Source: Sedimentisphaerales bacterium (lineage in GTDB: Bacteria; Planctomycetota; Phycisphaerae; Sedimentisphaerales; SM23-30). From it: a stretch of 64,000 bases of DNA. The stretch lies in assembly GCA_963666285.1 (NCBI GenBank), contig OY762711.1; one strand, written 5' to 3'. The translations under genes and the position numbers were made by a program. Below the pieces are notes generated by a model. It did no database searches. It was not told the origin of the DNA and saw only the letters and a list, made by a program, of their open reading frames with translations. This document shows, piece by piece, positions 51,609 through 60,300 of the stretch (positions are counted from its first letter, which is position 1; each line of letters opens with the position of its first letter).

Positions 51609-52298
51609 ATGAAACGATTAATTTTATTACTTATGCTGGCAGGATTGTTTTCTGCGGCGAATGCCGGGATGATCGAAGATTTTGAAAGTTATGACGTTGG
51701 TACAGATCCCGGTACGATGGGTAACGGCGTAACGGTTGTGGCCGACACAGGTACAAACGGAACCCAGGTTCTGAAACAGGAAATCCTGTCAGGCGGCGCC
51801 TGGACGGGGGCAGGTATCGACATTGATCCTGATATAACAGCCGACGGTACTATAGTCCAGTTTGATGCTTATTTCGGTGCCAGTTATAATGGAGTTGTCG
51901 GTGTTTCTCAATGGAGCGGTATCACCTATACTGACTTTAACGACTTCCAGGCAATGGTCAGACATGATGGCGGCGACGGTACCGGGCTCAATTACCGTAA
52001 CGGCAGTTCTTATATCAATATAGATACGGCAATAGCCGATGTCGAAGAATGGCATACCTATACATTTGTATTGGACTATACCAATCAGAATTATGATATT
52101 TATATTGACGGTAGTCTTCTTGTGGCTGATGCCGGTTTCCGTGCGACAGGCCATACGAAATCCGGTAGTTTCCGCATACTGGGCGGCTATCCAAGCTCAG
52201 ACAGCAGTGTACTGGTTGATAACGTAAGTATTGTACCAGAACCAGCTACCTTTGCCCTGCTGGGTATAGGCGGACTGCTATTGAAACGCAGGAAGTAA
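51609..52298 (+). CDS. PEP-CTERM protein with a LamG/ConA-like passenger
   Basis: Signal peptide, 'WHTYTFVLD....YDIYIDG', C-terminus 'VPEPATFALLGIGGLLLKRRK'. Confidence 0.9.
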   Translation: MKRLILLLMLAGLFSAANAGMIEDFESYDVGTDPGTMGNGVTVVADTGTNGTQVLKQEILSGGAWTGAGIDIDPDITADGTIVQFDAYFGASYNGVVGVSQWSGITYTDFNDFQAMVRHDGGDGTGLNYRNGSSYINIDTAIADVEEWHTYTFVLDYTNQNYDIYIDGSLLVADAGFRATGHTKSGSFRILGGYPSSDSSVLVDNVSIVPEPATFALLGIGGLLLKRRK

Positions 52299-52334
52299 TT
52301 ATTAAGGCAAGCTCTGAAACTTCCGAACAGATAG

Positions 52335-52379
52335 AAAAAACAAAACCCCGTTTAAAATTTAAGCGGGGTTTATTTTTTT
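52335..52379. terminator. Bidirectional terminator
   Basis: AAACCCCGTTTAAA-TTTAAGCGGGGTTT-type stem with A and T flanks. Confidence 0.8.
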
Positions 52380-52395
52380 ACATGAGATCCGGCTA

Positions 52396-55020
52396 TCAGC
52401 TGCCTTCGGGTTTGATCTCGGAGGTGGCAAGACTGGCGGGCATAAAGAAATCATCGACCGGGTCGGGGTTGGCCGGGTCGAAATCGGTCAGATCGTCAAC
52501 CAGGAAGATTGCCAGCTGGGGCACTTCGTTTTTTATACCTTCTACGATGCATCTGGCGAGCTCGTAGGCACCGTATGCGTTGTGATGGGTGCCGTCTACA
52601 AACGCCCTGGCAGAGGGTTCAGGGCCCATAGCCTCATAGAATTTTCGGCTCATGGCATGCAGGTCGATAAGAGGTACACCCTGATCTTTAGCCAGCTGTT
52701 TCATAGCTTCGGGGAAGCCGCTCATAGTATCGATAACTTTGCCGCTATCGTCGAAGCGTCGGCGATGCATAGATGTTACCAAAACCGGGTTGGCCTTATG
52801 TTTGCGGGCAACATCCATAAATTCGGTTAGTGATTTCTGGTAGCCGATCTCTTCGGGGGTGCCGCGTTTCATGTCGTTATGGGCAAACTGGATGAACATG
52901 TAGTCACCAGGCTTGATCTGGGTTTCGATTTTTTCCAGACGGCGTTCACCCTTGAAAGCTCGCAGAGTTTCGCCGGATTCGGCATAATTGGCAATAGCAA
53001 CCTCCGGCTTGAAGAACCTGGTGAGCATCTGTCCCCAAGAGGTCCATGGTTCGAGCGTCTGGTCGTTTACAGTTGAATCGCCGCAAAGAAAAACAGTTGG
53101 CAGATTGTCAGCTTTTTCGATCTCGACGGCAGAAACAGACGGGTTTTCTCCGTTGAATTCGAGGGTGAGACTATTGTCCCAATGATAACAGGTCGGTTCT
53201 TTTTCGCGAGGCTTTAGCTTGACAGAGCGGCCTTCTGATATCCGGCTGCTGCGGATATTGACAATGAAAGTAAGTTTTTTAGATTCATTAGCGGCAATTT
53301 TGACATTTTCGAGCATAAGGCGGCGAGACTCAGCTTTGACATACATATTTGCAGGTTTATTGCCGCCCAGAGTAACGGTAACACGATAGTTACCCTCTTC
53401 GGGAACATCAGTAGAAAACATAATGGGTTTGTCGCTGGTGCAGAAATCGATAAGCGGCGAATTATTATTTTTAAATGCATCTGAAGAAATATTGGTACCC
53501 GGCAGGAAACCAAAACCGGTTTCAGCTGAATAGATATCTTTGGGTGTAACCGGAGTGTAGCCCTCGTCAGCATCATTTGAGCCAAAATCGAACTTTAAGG
53601 TTACAGCACTCGCGGGATTGGTGTCGCCGAACCGGACATTGGTTTCAGTGATATTTTCGGCGTTTTTGACCTCTTTAATCTTTTTGGTAACCTTGCTGAC
53701 TTTGACATTTTTGAGTGCGATATCACGGACGGGCCGGTCTTTTTCGCCGCGTATCCACAGGCCGTATTCCATTTCTCCTGCGGTCACATTTTCTATCCGG
53801 ATGTTACCGATCTTTGTAAGCCTGGTTTCGTATGTCGGGACAAGGTCACGCCATTGGTAGAGAACATCGGTGTCGATCTCGAGCAGAGCCTTGGCCGGTT
53901 TGGATCCGTGAAACCTGATATTATCAACATAGATATTTTCGACGAACCCGCCGCGGCGATGGTTGGTTTTGATAAGCACACAACTGCGAACGAACCCCTC
54001 GTAAGGAGTATAGTTACAATCGTGCATATATACATTTCTAACGCCGCCGGACATCTCGCTGCCGATGGCGAGCAGGTTATGGCCCAGAATCACATTACAA
54101 TAGCGAATAACGATATTTTCGCTGCATTTACCGGTGCGCCAGGCATCCTGGTTGCGACCGGCTTTGATAACGATAGGGTCGTCGCCCTGATCGAACTGAC
54201 AATATTCGATAAGGACATTTTTGCAGAATTCCGGATCAACACCGTCGGTATTACGGCCGCGGCATTTGACATCTATGCCGCGAATAATAACATTTTCACA
54301 GAGTACCGGATGAACTGTCCAGAAGGGACTGTTGCGAATGGTAACATCTTCGATCAGTACATTTTTACAACGATTGGGCTGGATGAATTGCGGACGAAGA
54401 TGTATATCGTCTCTGACCATATTCCGCTCTTTGACCGGCACGTTCTTTGCGGCCATTTCGTATAGTTCCTTCAGGCCCTGCATATGGGCCGGCGGGCGGT
54501 TCATCCATCGACGCCATTTATACTGGTTGCAGGTGAGTTTGCCCTTGCCGGTAATAGCGATATTCTCACATTCAAAGGCGTAGATAAGCGGTGAATAGTT
54601 CATACACTCCATACCTTCCCAGGTAGTATGTACGACAGGAAGATAATCAGCCGGGTCGTCGGAGAATACCAGCTCGCCGCCCTCCAGAATATGCAGATTG
54701 ACATTGCTCTTTAGATGGACGGAACCGGTAAGCCATTGACCGGCGGGTACAACAACACTGCCGCCGCCGGCTTTGCTACAGGCATTGATAGCCTTTGCGA
54801 TTGCGTCAGTATTTTTGATCTCACCGCCCGGCTGAGCGTCATAATCAAGAATATTGAACTGTTTATCCTGGAAAACCGGGCGATGCATCTCCGGCATGGG
54901 GAAAGGTGCATTTATCGGCTGAATTTCAGCAGGAGCCTTCAGGGCGGCTCTGCATTGAAAACTCATAGCCGACAATAACATATAAACAAGCAACATAGAA
55001 AATAATTTAGCGAATTTCAT
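52396..55020 (-). CDS. GH28 polygalacturonase-like domain fused to a rhamnogalacturonan acetylesterase (CE12/SGNH)
   Basis: GH28 'NTDGVD', 'GDD', 'GH...IGSEMSGG'. SGNH 'GDSTV', 'QFAHND', 'DGTH'. Confidence 0.9.
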   Translation of the reverse strand: MKFAKLFSMLLVYMLLSAMSFQCRAALKAPAEIQPINAPFPMPEMHRPVFQDKQFNILDYDAQPGGEIKNTDAIAKAINACSKAGGGSVVVPAGQWLTGSVHLKSNVNLHILEGGELVFSDDPADYLPVVHTTWEGMECMNYSPLIYAFECENIAITGKGKLTCNQYKWRRWMNRPPAHMQGLKELYEMAAKNVPVKERNMVRDDIHLRPQFIQPNRCKNVLIEDVTIRNSPFWTVHPVLCENVIIRGIDVKCRGRNTDGVDPEFCKNVLIEYCQFDQGDDPIVIKAGRNQDAWRTGKCSENIVIRYCNVILGHNLLAIGSEMSGGVRNVYMHDCNYTPYEGFVRSCVLIKTNHRRGGFVENIYVDNIRFHGSKPAKALLEIDTDVLYQWRDLVPTYETRLTKIGNIRIENVTAGEMEYGLWIRGEKDRPVRDIALKNVKVSKVTKKIKEVKNAENITETNVRFGDTNPASAVTLKFDFGSNDADEGYTPVTPKDIYSAETGFGFLPGTNISSDAFKNNNSPLIDFCTSDKPIMFSTDVPEEGNYRVTVTLGGNKPANMYVKAESRRLMLENVKIAANESKKLTFIVNIRSSRISEGRSVKLKPREKEPTCYHWDNSLTLEFNGENPSVSAVEIEKADNLPTVFLCGDSTVNDQTLEPWTSWGQMLTRFFKPEVAIANYAESGETLRAFKGERRLEKIETQIKPGDYMFIQFAHNDMKRGTPEEIGYQKSLTEFMDVARKHKANPVLVTSMHRRRFDDSGKVIDTMSGFPEAMKQLAKDQGVPLIDLHAMSRKFYEAMGPEPSARAFVDGTHHNAYGAYELARCIVEGIKNEVPQLAIFLVDDLTDFDPANPDPVDDFFMPASLATSEIKPEGS

Positions 55021-55211
55021 CCTATTCCTTTCTCAAACATTAAACACATATCAGAAAACATATTATAACTTTAATAAAATCAAGTTCCAGTGTTTTTTCG
55101 TAGTCAAGCAAATGAGGATGGCAGACAAATTTTTGCTTCTCATCACAACATGACGAAAGTATAATACTATTTTCAAAATGATATCTGTAAATTTATCCGG
55201 AGAGTATTGAC

Positions 55212-56876
55212 ATGAAAAAAATATTGTTATATTTAATCACTGTATTATTTCTCATTCCATTCTGCCAACATGCAAACGGCGAAAAGAATCTGCCCAAGCT
55301 GCCGATTGGCATGAATCTGCCGTCGAATAACTATTATACGACCGGGATAATTTTTAAGGATGTAATGAAAACTGCCAGCGAAATGATAACATTCAACAAC
55401 GAAGGTGAGTCGCCATGGAATACCGAGCTGCTGGGTAAGATTGTTAGAGATGAGAACGGCTACCCGCTGGAAATACCGGCGAAGATACCGGGTAATAAGC
55501 CGCAATGCGTAAGATTTCTTTTTAACAATAACTACCCTGCCGGGAAATATTTATTGAGCTATGATGGCGAAGGCGAGCTGGAGGTAAAGTCAGCGGCTAC
55601 CGAAAAAAAAGACGGCAAGACATATATTATTATCGATGGTACCGGCGGCCACAGATGGATAGACATTAAACGGTCAGTTAAAGAAAACCATATTCGTAAT
55701 ATTAAAATTATTGGTGAAGATTATGTTAATACGGATATTGATAAACAGCCGTTTCATCCGCTGTTTCTGAAAGGACTGGAACCGTTTCATGCATTGCGGT
55801 TTATGGACTGGATAAATACTAATGGTTCTCATCAGCAGTCATGGAAAGACCGGAGTTCTAAAACATATTACAGCCAGGGACTGGGAAACGGGATAGCAAT
55901 TGAATATGCGATAGAACTATGCAATGTACTAAATGAGGATGCCTGGTTCTGTGTGCCGCATATGGCGAACGATGATTACATACGCAGATTTGCAAAGCTT
56001 GCTGCCGGTAAGCTGAAGCCGGGCCTGCAGGTATATATCGAATATTCAAATGAGATATGGAACTGGGGATTTCCGCAGAGCCAGTGGGTATTGAAAAATG
56101 CACCGGGTGCTGCCGACCAATATGTAATTGACGGGCTAAAGGGAATCAACCCGGAGCCACAGGATCACCCGGAAAAAGATGCGTACATGATGCAGCGGGT
56201 ATTCCGAATCTGGCAGGAAGAGTTTCAGGCATCAAATCGAGACGGACTTGTACGTGTCGCAGCAGTTCAGCATGCGTGGCATGATAACACCCGTAGAATA
56301 TTGTGTTATCTATTTAAGAAAGATGGCCAGGGCAGACCACTGAACGGGCCAAAATATGCCGACAGCACCGGATCGGGTTGTGATGCGGTATCACCGGCAG
56401 GGTATTTCAGTTTTGGCGAAGATGATCATAAAAGATGGAATACAATGAAACCTGAAGAAGTAACCGCCGAGATGGTAATCGATGCTATGGCGCAGCTATA
56501 CGAGCAGAATTCCGGTCTCTGGACAGAAAAGACGGCAGAATATGCCCGGCAGTGGAAAGTTGATTATATTGTGTATGAAGGCGGCCAGCATGCCCAGCCA
56601 TGGAGGCAGCAGGACTGGGGCTATAACCAGGCAGTGTGGGATGCCCAGGTTGATCCCGGCATGTATGACATGTATATGACATTATTCCGCAAGCATACCG
56701 AACCACAGGTAAACTGCAAACTGTTTTGTGCCTTTTCATTTCTAAGCAAGCGAGAATCGAAATACGGATCATGGGGACACCTGGAAAACCTGGATCAGAT
56801 AAATGATATGGATAACATTATGATTACAGCACCCAAATACTCGGCTTTACTGGATGTGAATACTAAGAAAGAATAG
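55212..56876 (+). CDS. Secreted putative glycoside hydrolase (uncharacterised TIM-barrel type)
   Basis: 'LRFMDW..TN', 'WFCVPH', 'YIEYSNEIWN', 'YEGGQH', 'KYGSWG'. Confidence 0.7.
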   Translation: MKKILLYLITVLFLIPFCQHANGEKNLPKLPIGMNLPSNNYYTTGIIFKDVMKTASEMITFNNEGESPWNTELLGKIVRDENGYPLEIPAKIPGNKPQCVRFLFNNNYPAGKYLLSYDGEGELEVKSAATEKKDGKTYIIIDGTGGHRWIDIKRSVKENHIRNIKIIGEDYVNTDIDKQPFHPLFLKGLEPFHALRFMDWINTNGSHQQSWKDRSSKTYYSQGLGNGIAIEYAIELCNVLNEDAWFCVPHMANDDYIRRFAKLAAGKLKPGLQVYIEYSNEIWNWGFPQSQWVLKNAPGAADQYVIDGLKGINPEPQDHPEKDAYMMQRVFRIWQEEFQASNRDGLVRVAAVQHAWHDNTRRILCYLFKKDGQGRPLNGPKYADSTGSGCDAVSPAGYFSFGEDDHKRWNTMKPEEVTAEMVIDAMAQLYEQNSGLWTEKTAEYARQWKVDYIVYEGGQHAQPWRQQDWGYNQAVWDAQVDPGMYDMYMTLFRKHTEPQVNCKLFCAFSFLSKRESKYGSWGHLENLDQINDMDNIMITAPKYSALLDVNTKKE

Positions 56877-56907
56877 TATTTTTATTAGCCGAAAAAAACA
56901 TGCGCAT

Positions 56908-56942
56908 AAAAAAGGCCGGCAAGGCACTCAAACCTTGCCGGC
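56908..56942 (-). terminator. Terminator downstream of hcp
   Basis: Minus strand: GCCGGCAAGG-TTTGAGTG-CCTTGCCGGC-CTTTTTT. Confidence 0.85.
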
Positions 56943-57064
56943 AATTAGGAGTGGCGATATTACTGGGAGATAATATCGCCAAAAAATCTGGGAGCAAAAT
57001 TAAAAAATTTATTTTCTTTGCCTGTGTCCAAAAGTCGAACTCAGGCTCTTATTCTATTATATAA

Positions 57065-58717
57065 CTAACCCAACATATCTTTCAAGTCTTCTTTAGCATC
57101 ACCAACAGGTTTTATACCAAAATTTTGTACCAGCACATCCAGAACCGCAGGTGTTACAAAGGCCGGCAACGTAGGTCCAAGCCTCATATTTTTTATACCT
57201 AAATGCAGCAAAGTCAACAAGATACACACAGCTTTCTGCTCGTACCAGCTTAAGACAAGCGACAAAGGCAGGTCATTGACATCACATTCAAAGGCATTTG
57301 CCAAAGCAACAGCAATCTGAATTGCCGAATAAGCATCATTACACTGACCAACGTCTAAAAGTCTTGGAATTCCGCCAATATCACCAAATTCCAGCTTGTT
57401 AAAGCGATATTTTCCGCATGCCAGAGTAAGGATAACACAATCATCCGGTACAGCCTGTGCCAGCTCGGTGTAGTAATTTCTGCCGGGTTTGGCACCATCA
57501 CAACCACCAATAAGGAAGAAGTGTTTGACAGCACCAGCTTTTACTGCATCAATCACGGCACCTGCAACGCTCATAACAGCATTACGGGCAAAACCAATAG
57601 TAATCTTTTTCTCTTCGACATCTTCGATAAAGCCATCGGCAGCCAGGGCAGCATCAATAACAGGGCCAAAATCTTTATCTGCATCAATATGCTTAACTCC
57701 GGGCCATGCGACCAGACCAGTTGTAAATATTCGGTCGATATAACTATCAGCCGGTTTCTGGATACAATTGGTAGTCATAAGTATAGCACCGGGAAACTCA
57801 GCAAATTCTTTATGCTGATCCTGCCAGGCACCGCCATAATTACCAACAAGGTGGCTATACTTCTTGAGCTCAGGATAAGCCAGACACGGCAGCATTTCAC
57901 CGTGAGTGTAAATATTTACACCTTTGCCCTCGGTCTGCTTGAGCAGTAATTCCAGATCTTTAAGATCATGACCGGAAACCAGGATAGCTTTGCCTTTAAT
58001 CGGTGTAACCCTGACTTCAGTTGGTTCAGGATGACCATAAGTGTCTGTATTTCCTTTATCAAGCATTTCCATAACCTTTAGGTTAACTTCACCAACCTTA
58101 AGGGCCATGGCAACAAGCTTATCTACTTCTTTTGCTTCAGGAGTAGTCAGGAAATTAAGCGATTCATGGAAGAACCCCTGCACATCGGTATCATCTTCGA
58201 CACCCAGCACCAGGGCATGGTCCGCGTAAGCAGCTGTACCCTTGAGGCCGTAAACGATTAATTCCTGTAAGCCGTTAACATCTTCGCCCAAATCTTCGAG
58301 CTTCTTGGCGATACCTACCGCGGCAGAGTTTGCCAGCATAAGTTCGCGAGTTTCGGGGAATTGCCAGTTTTCCAGCTCTGCAATAACTTCCGGAGTCTGC
58401 CCGTCATTCTTTGCGGCTTCAACATACAAAGCTTTAGCCTGCTGAATTACTTCTTTGCCTTTCACTATTAACTTTTCAACACGCTGAGGATCAAAGTTTA
58501 CATTTGTAACAGTTGTAAACAATGCCTCAACCACAAAACAGTCAATCGAAGGGTCTTTTGCACCAAGCAATCTAGCCCGGTGAGCGTACATAGCAACGGC
58601 CTTTGCGATATATACAAGTAAATCCTGTAAATCAGAAACTTCAGGTTCTTTACCACAAACACCCTTTACGGTACAAGCCTGGCCCTTAGCCGTCTGTTCA
58701 CACTGATAACAAAACAT
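57065..58717 (-). CDS. hcp: Hybrid cluster protein (hydroxylamine/NO reductase)
   Basis: 'MFCYQCEQT...C...GVCGK', 'SGHDL', 'YTHGEMLP', 'GGCDG', 'GQCNDAYS', 'SWYEQKA'. Confidence 0.97.
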   Translation of the reverse strand: MFCYQCEQTAKGQACTVKGVCGKEPEVSDLQDLLVYIAKAVAMYAHRARLLGAKDPSIDCFVVEALFTTVTNVNFDPQRVEKLIVKGKEVIQQAKALYVEAAKNDGQTPEVIAELENWQFPETRELMLANSAAVGIAKKLEDLGEDVNGLQELIVYGLKGTAAYADHALVLGVEDDTDVQGFFHESLNFLTTPEAKEVDKLVAMALKVGEVNLKVMEMLDKGNTDTYGHPEPTEVRVTPIKGKAILVSGHDLKDLELLLKQTEGKGVNIYTHGEMLPCLAYPELKKYSHLVGNYGGAWQDQHKEFAEFPGAILMTTNCIQKPADSYIDRIFTTGLVAWPGVKHIDADKDFGPVIDAALAADGFIEDVEEKKITIGFARNAVMSVAGAVIDAVKAGAVKHFFLIGGCDGAKPGRNYYTELAQAVPDDCVILTLACGKYRFNKLEFGDIGGIPRLLDVGQCNDAYSAIQIAVALANAFECDVNDLPLSLVLSWYEQKAVCILLTLLHLGIKNMRLGPTLPAFVTPAVLDVLVQNFGIKPVGDAKEDLKDMLG

Positions 58718-58742
58718 AATATTATGCCCTTTCTTAGTTATC

Positions 58743-58777
58743 GCAATGTATTGTAACAACACATTGCTATTAGTCAA
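58743..58777 (-). promoter_or_regulatory. hcp promoter overlapped by a 25-bp palindromic operator
   Basis: TTGACT-N16-TACAAT with extended -10 TG. Palindrome GCAATGTaTTGT-A-ACAAcACATTGC. Confidence 0.75.
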
Positions 58778-58852
58778 GTACAAGAAACCACTTTAACTTA
58801 AAAAACATCAAATTACATTTTCGAAAAAAACACCACTATAAAAACCAATTTA

Positions 58853-59248
58853 TTATAACAAATCGCTAATTTTTTTATCATTCAGATGAAAATCTATCAC
58901 CTTTTGCAATTCTGATAAATGACTGGTAATAGGACATTTACCTTTCATAGGACAAACAAAGCTGCTTAACAGACACTGATTTAACCTTACGCGTCCCTGC
59001 ATAGCTTCAATTACCTGCGCAAAACTGATATCACCAGCATCCTTTTTAAGTTCATAACCACCCTTGGGCCCTTTTACGCTGCAAACAATGCCGGCCCTGC
59101 CAAGGGTCTGGAGAAGCTTGCGAGCCAGCTCATAAGGAACAAGGTTATCTTCGGCAAGCTTCCTTACCGATACCGGTTGGCCCTGATTTTTGGCAAGTTC
59201 AGCAACGAGCCTGAATGCGTAATCTGTATTCCGTCTAATAATGTCCAT
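58853..59248 (-). CDS. Rrf2-family transcriptional regulator with three C-terminal Cys
   Basis: 'TDYAFR', 'SVKGPKGGYEL', 'QCLLSSFVCPMKGKC'. Confidence 0.93.
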   Translation of the reverse strand: MDIIRRNTDYAFRLVAELAKNQGQPVSVRKLAEDNLVPYELARKLLQTLGRAGIVCSVKGPKGGYELKKDAGDISFAQVIEAMQGRVRLNQCLLSSFVCPMKGKCPITSHLSELQKVIDFHLNDKKISDLL

Positions 59249-59260
59249 CAAAAACCTCTT

Positions 59261-59345
59261 TATGGGACAATATAAGTCTCATATATCTCAAAAAAAATAT
59301 AAGAAGCTTATATGGGACTATATCCTTCCCATTTAAATATGTCAA
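59261..59345 (-). promoter_or_regulatory. rrf2 promoter with two TATGGGAC-type palindromic boxes
   Basis: TTGACA-N17-TATAGT on the minus strand. Boxes at 59261-59283 and 59311-59333. Confidence 0.75.
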
Positions 59346-59447
59346 ATAAAGTTGAAAAAAACAAAAAAATAATATTAATTAACAACATAAAGACTTGTAC
59401 GGTACAAGTTTATATAAAATAATAAAAACAGATTTTCTCTTATCGGC

Positions 59448-60281
59448 CTAAGCAAATAAATTGAAATATACCAGTGAAACCACAGATGCTATCACAAGAT
59501 ATATAGCAAAAATCTTTAACTTTGCCTTACGAACAGCCCAGATAAGCAGGCTAAGAGCCATGAAACCGGTAATTGCACTTACTATAGCCCCGGCAACAAC
59601 AGGCCCCCAAGGCATAGAAGTGTTTTCCAGAGCCATGAATTCCATGCCCTTTATGAGAGCGGCACCAAGAATAGCTATAACGCCAATCAGGAAACTGAAC
59701 TCCCCTGCCCAGCGACGATGCAGACCTAGCAGCAGACAAACACAAATAGTAGAACCGCTGCGTGATATACCAGGGAGAATGGCAAAGCCCTGGGCTACAC
59801 CAACAATCAAGGCGCAACCAATTGTAAATTGCCGAACACGTCTGGTAGTTTTATATTTGCGGTCAGTTAGTAAAAGCAGCCCGGCAGTAACAAGCCATAA
59901 AATCGAAACGAAATTATGATTCTCAAAGGCATCTTCAATAGTCTTCTTTGAGATAACGTATATAACACCGGTAGAAAAAGTTGCAGCGAGGGCAAGAATA
60001 GCAAAACGCCAGGGAATACCAATTTGCAGCCGATTAAAATCGCCAACATCTCTAATCAAACCACCGGTAAACCTGGCAAAACTTCGTCGGTAATAGAACA
60101 ATATAGAAGCAACAGTGCCAACATGGACAGCCAGATCGAAAAGGATCAGCTCAGGAGATTCCGGGTTAAACTTCCAGAAATGCTGAATCATTACCAGGTG
60201 GCCGCTAGAGGATACCGGCAGGAACTCGGTGAGTCCCTGCAGTATGCCCATAATTATCGCTTTTATATATGTTAAATCCAA
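59448..60281 (-). CDS. uppP: Undecaprenyl-diphosphate phosphatase
   Basis: 'QGLTEFLPVSSSGH', 'PGISRSGST'. Confidence 0.95.
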   Translation of the reverse strand: MDLTYIKAIIMGILQGLTEFLPVSSSGHLVMIQHFWKFNPESPELILFDLAVHVGTVASILFYYRRSFARFTGGLIRDVGDFNRLQIGIPWRFAILALAATFSTGVIYVISKKTIEDAFENHNFVSILWLVTAGLLLLTDRKYKTTRRVRQFTIGCALIVGVAQGFAILPGISRSGSTICVCLLLGLHRRWAGEFSFLIGVIAILGAALIKGMEFMALENTSMPWGPVVAGAIVSAITGFMALSLLIWAVRKAKLKIFAIYLVIASVVSLVYFNLFA

Positions 60282-60300
60282 AATATGTTCTCACTAATGT

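Noticed and set aside
48000..52300. Integron cassette array
   Set aside because: No integrase, no recognisable attC sites, and mixed gene orientations.
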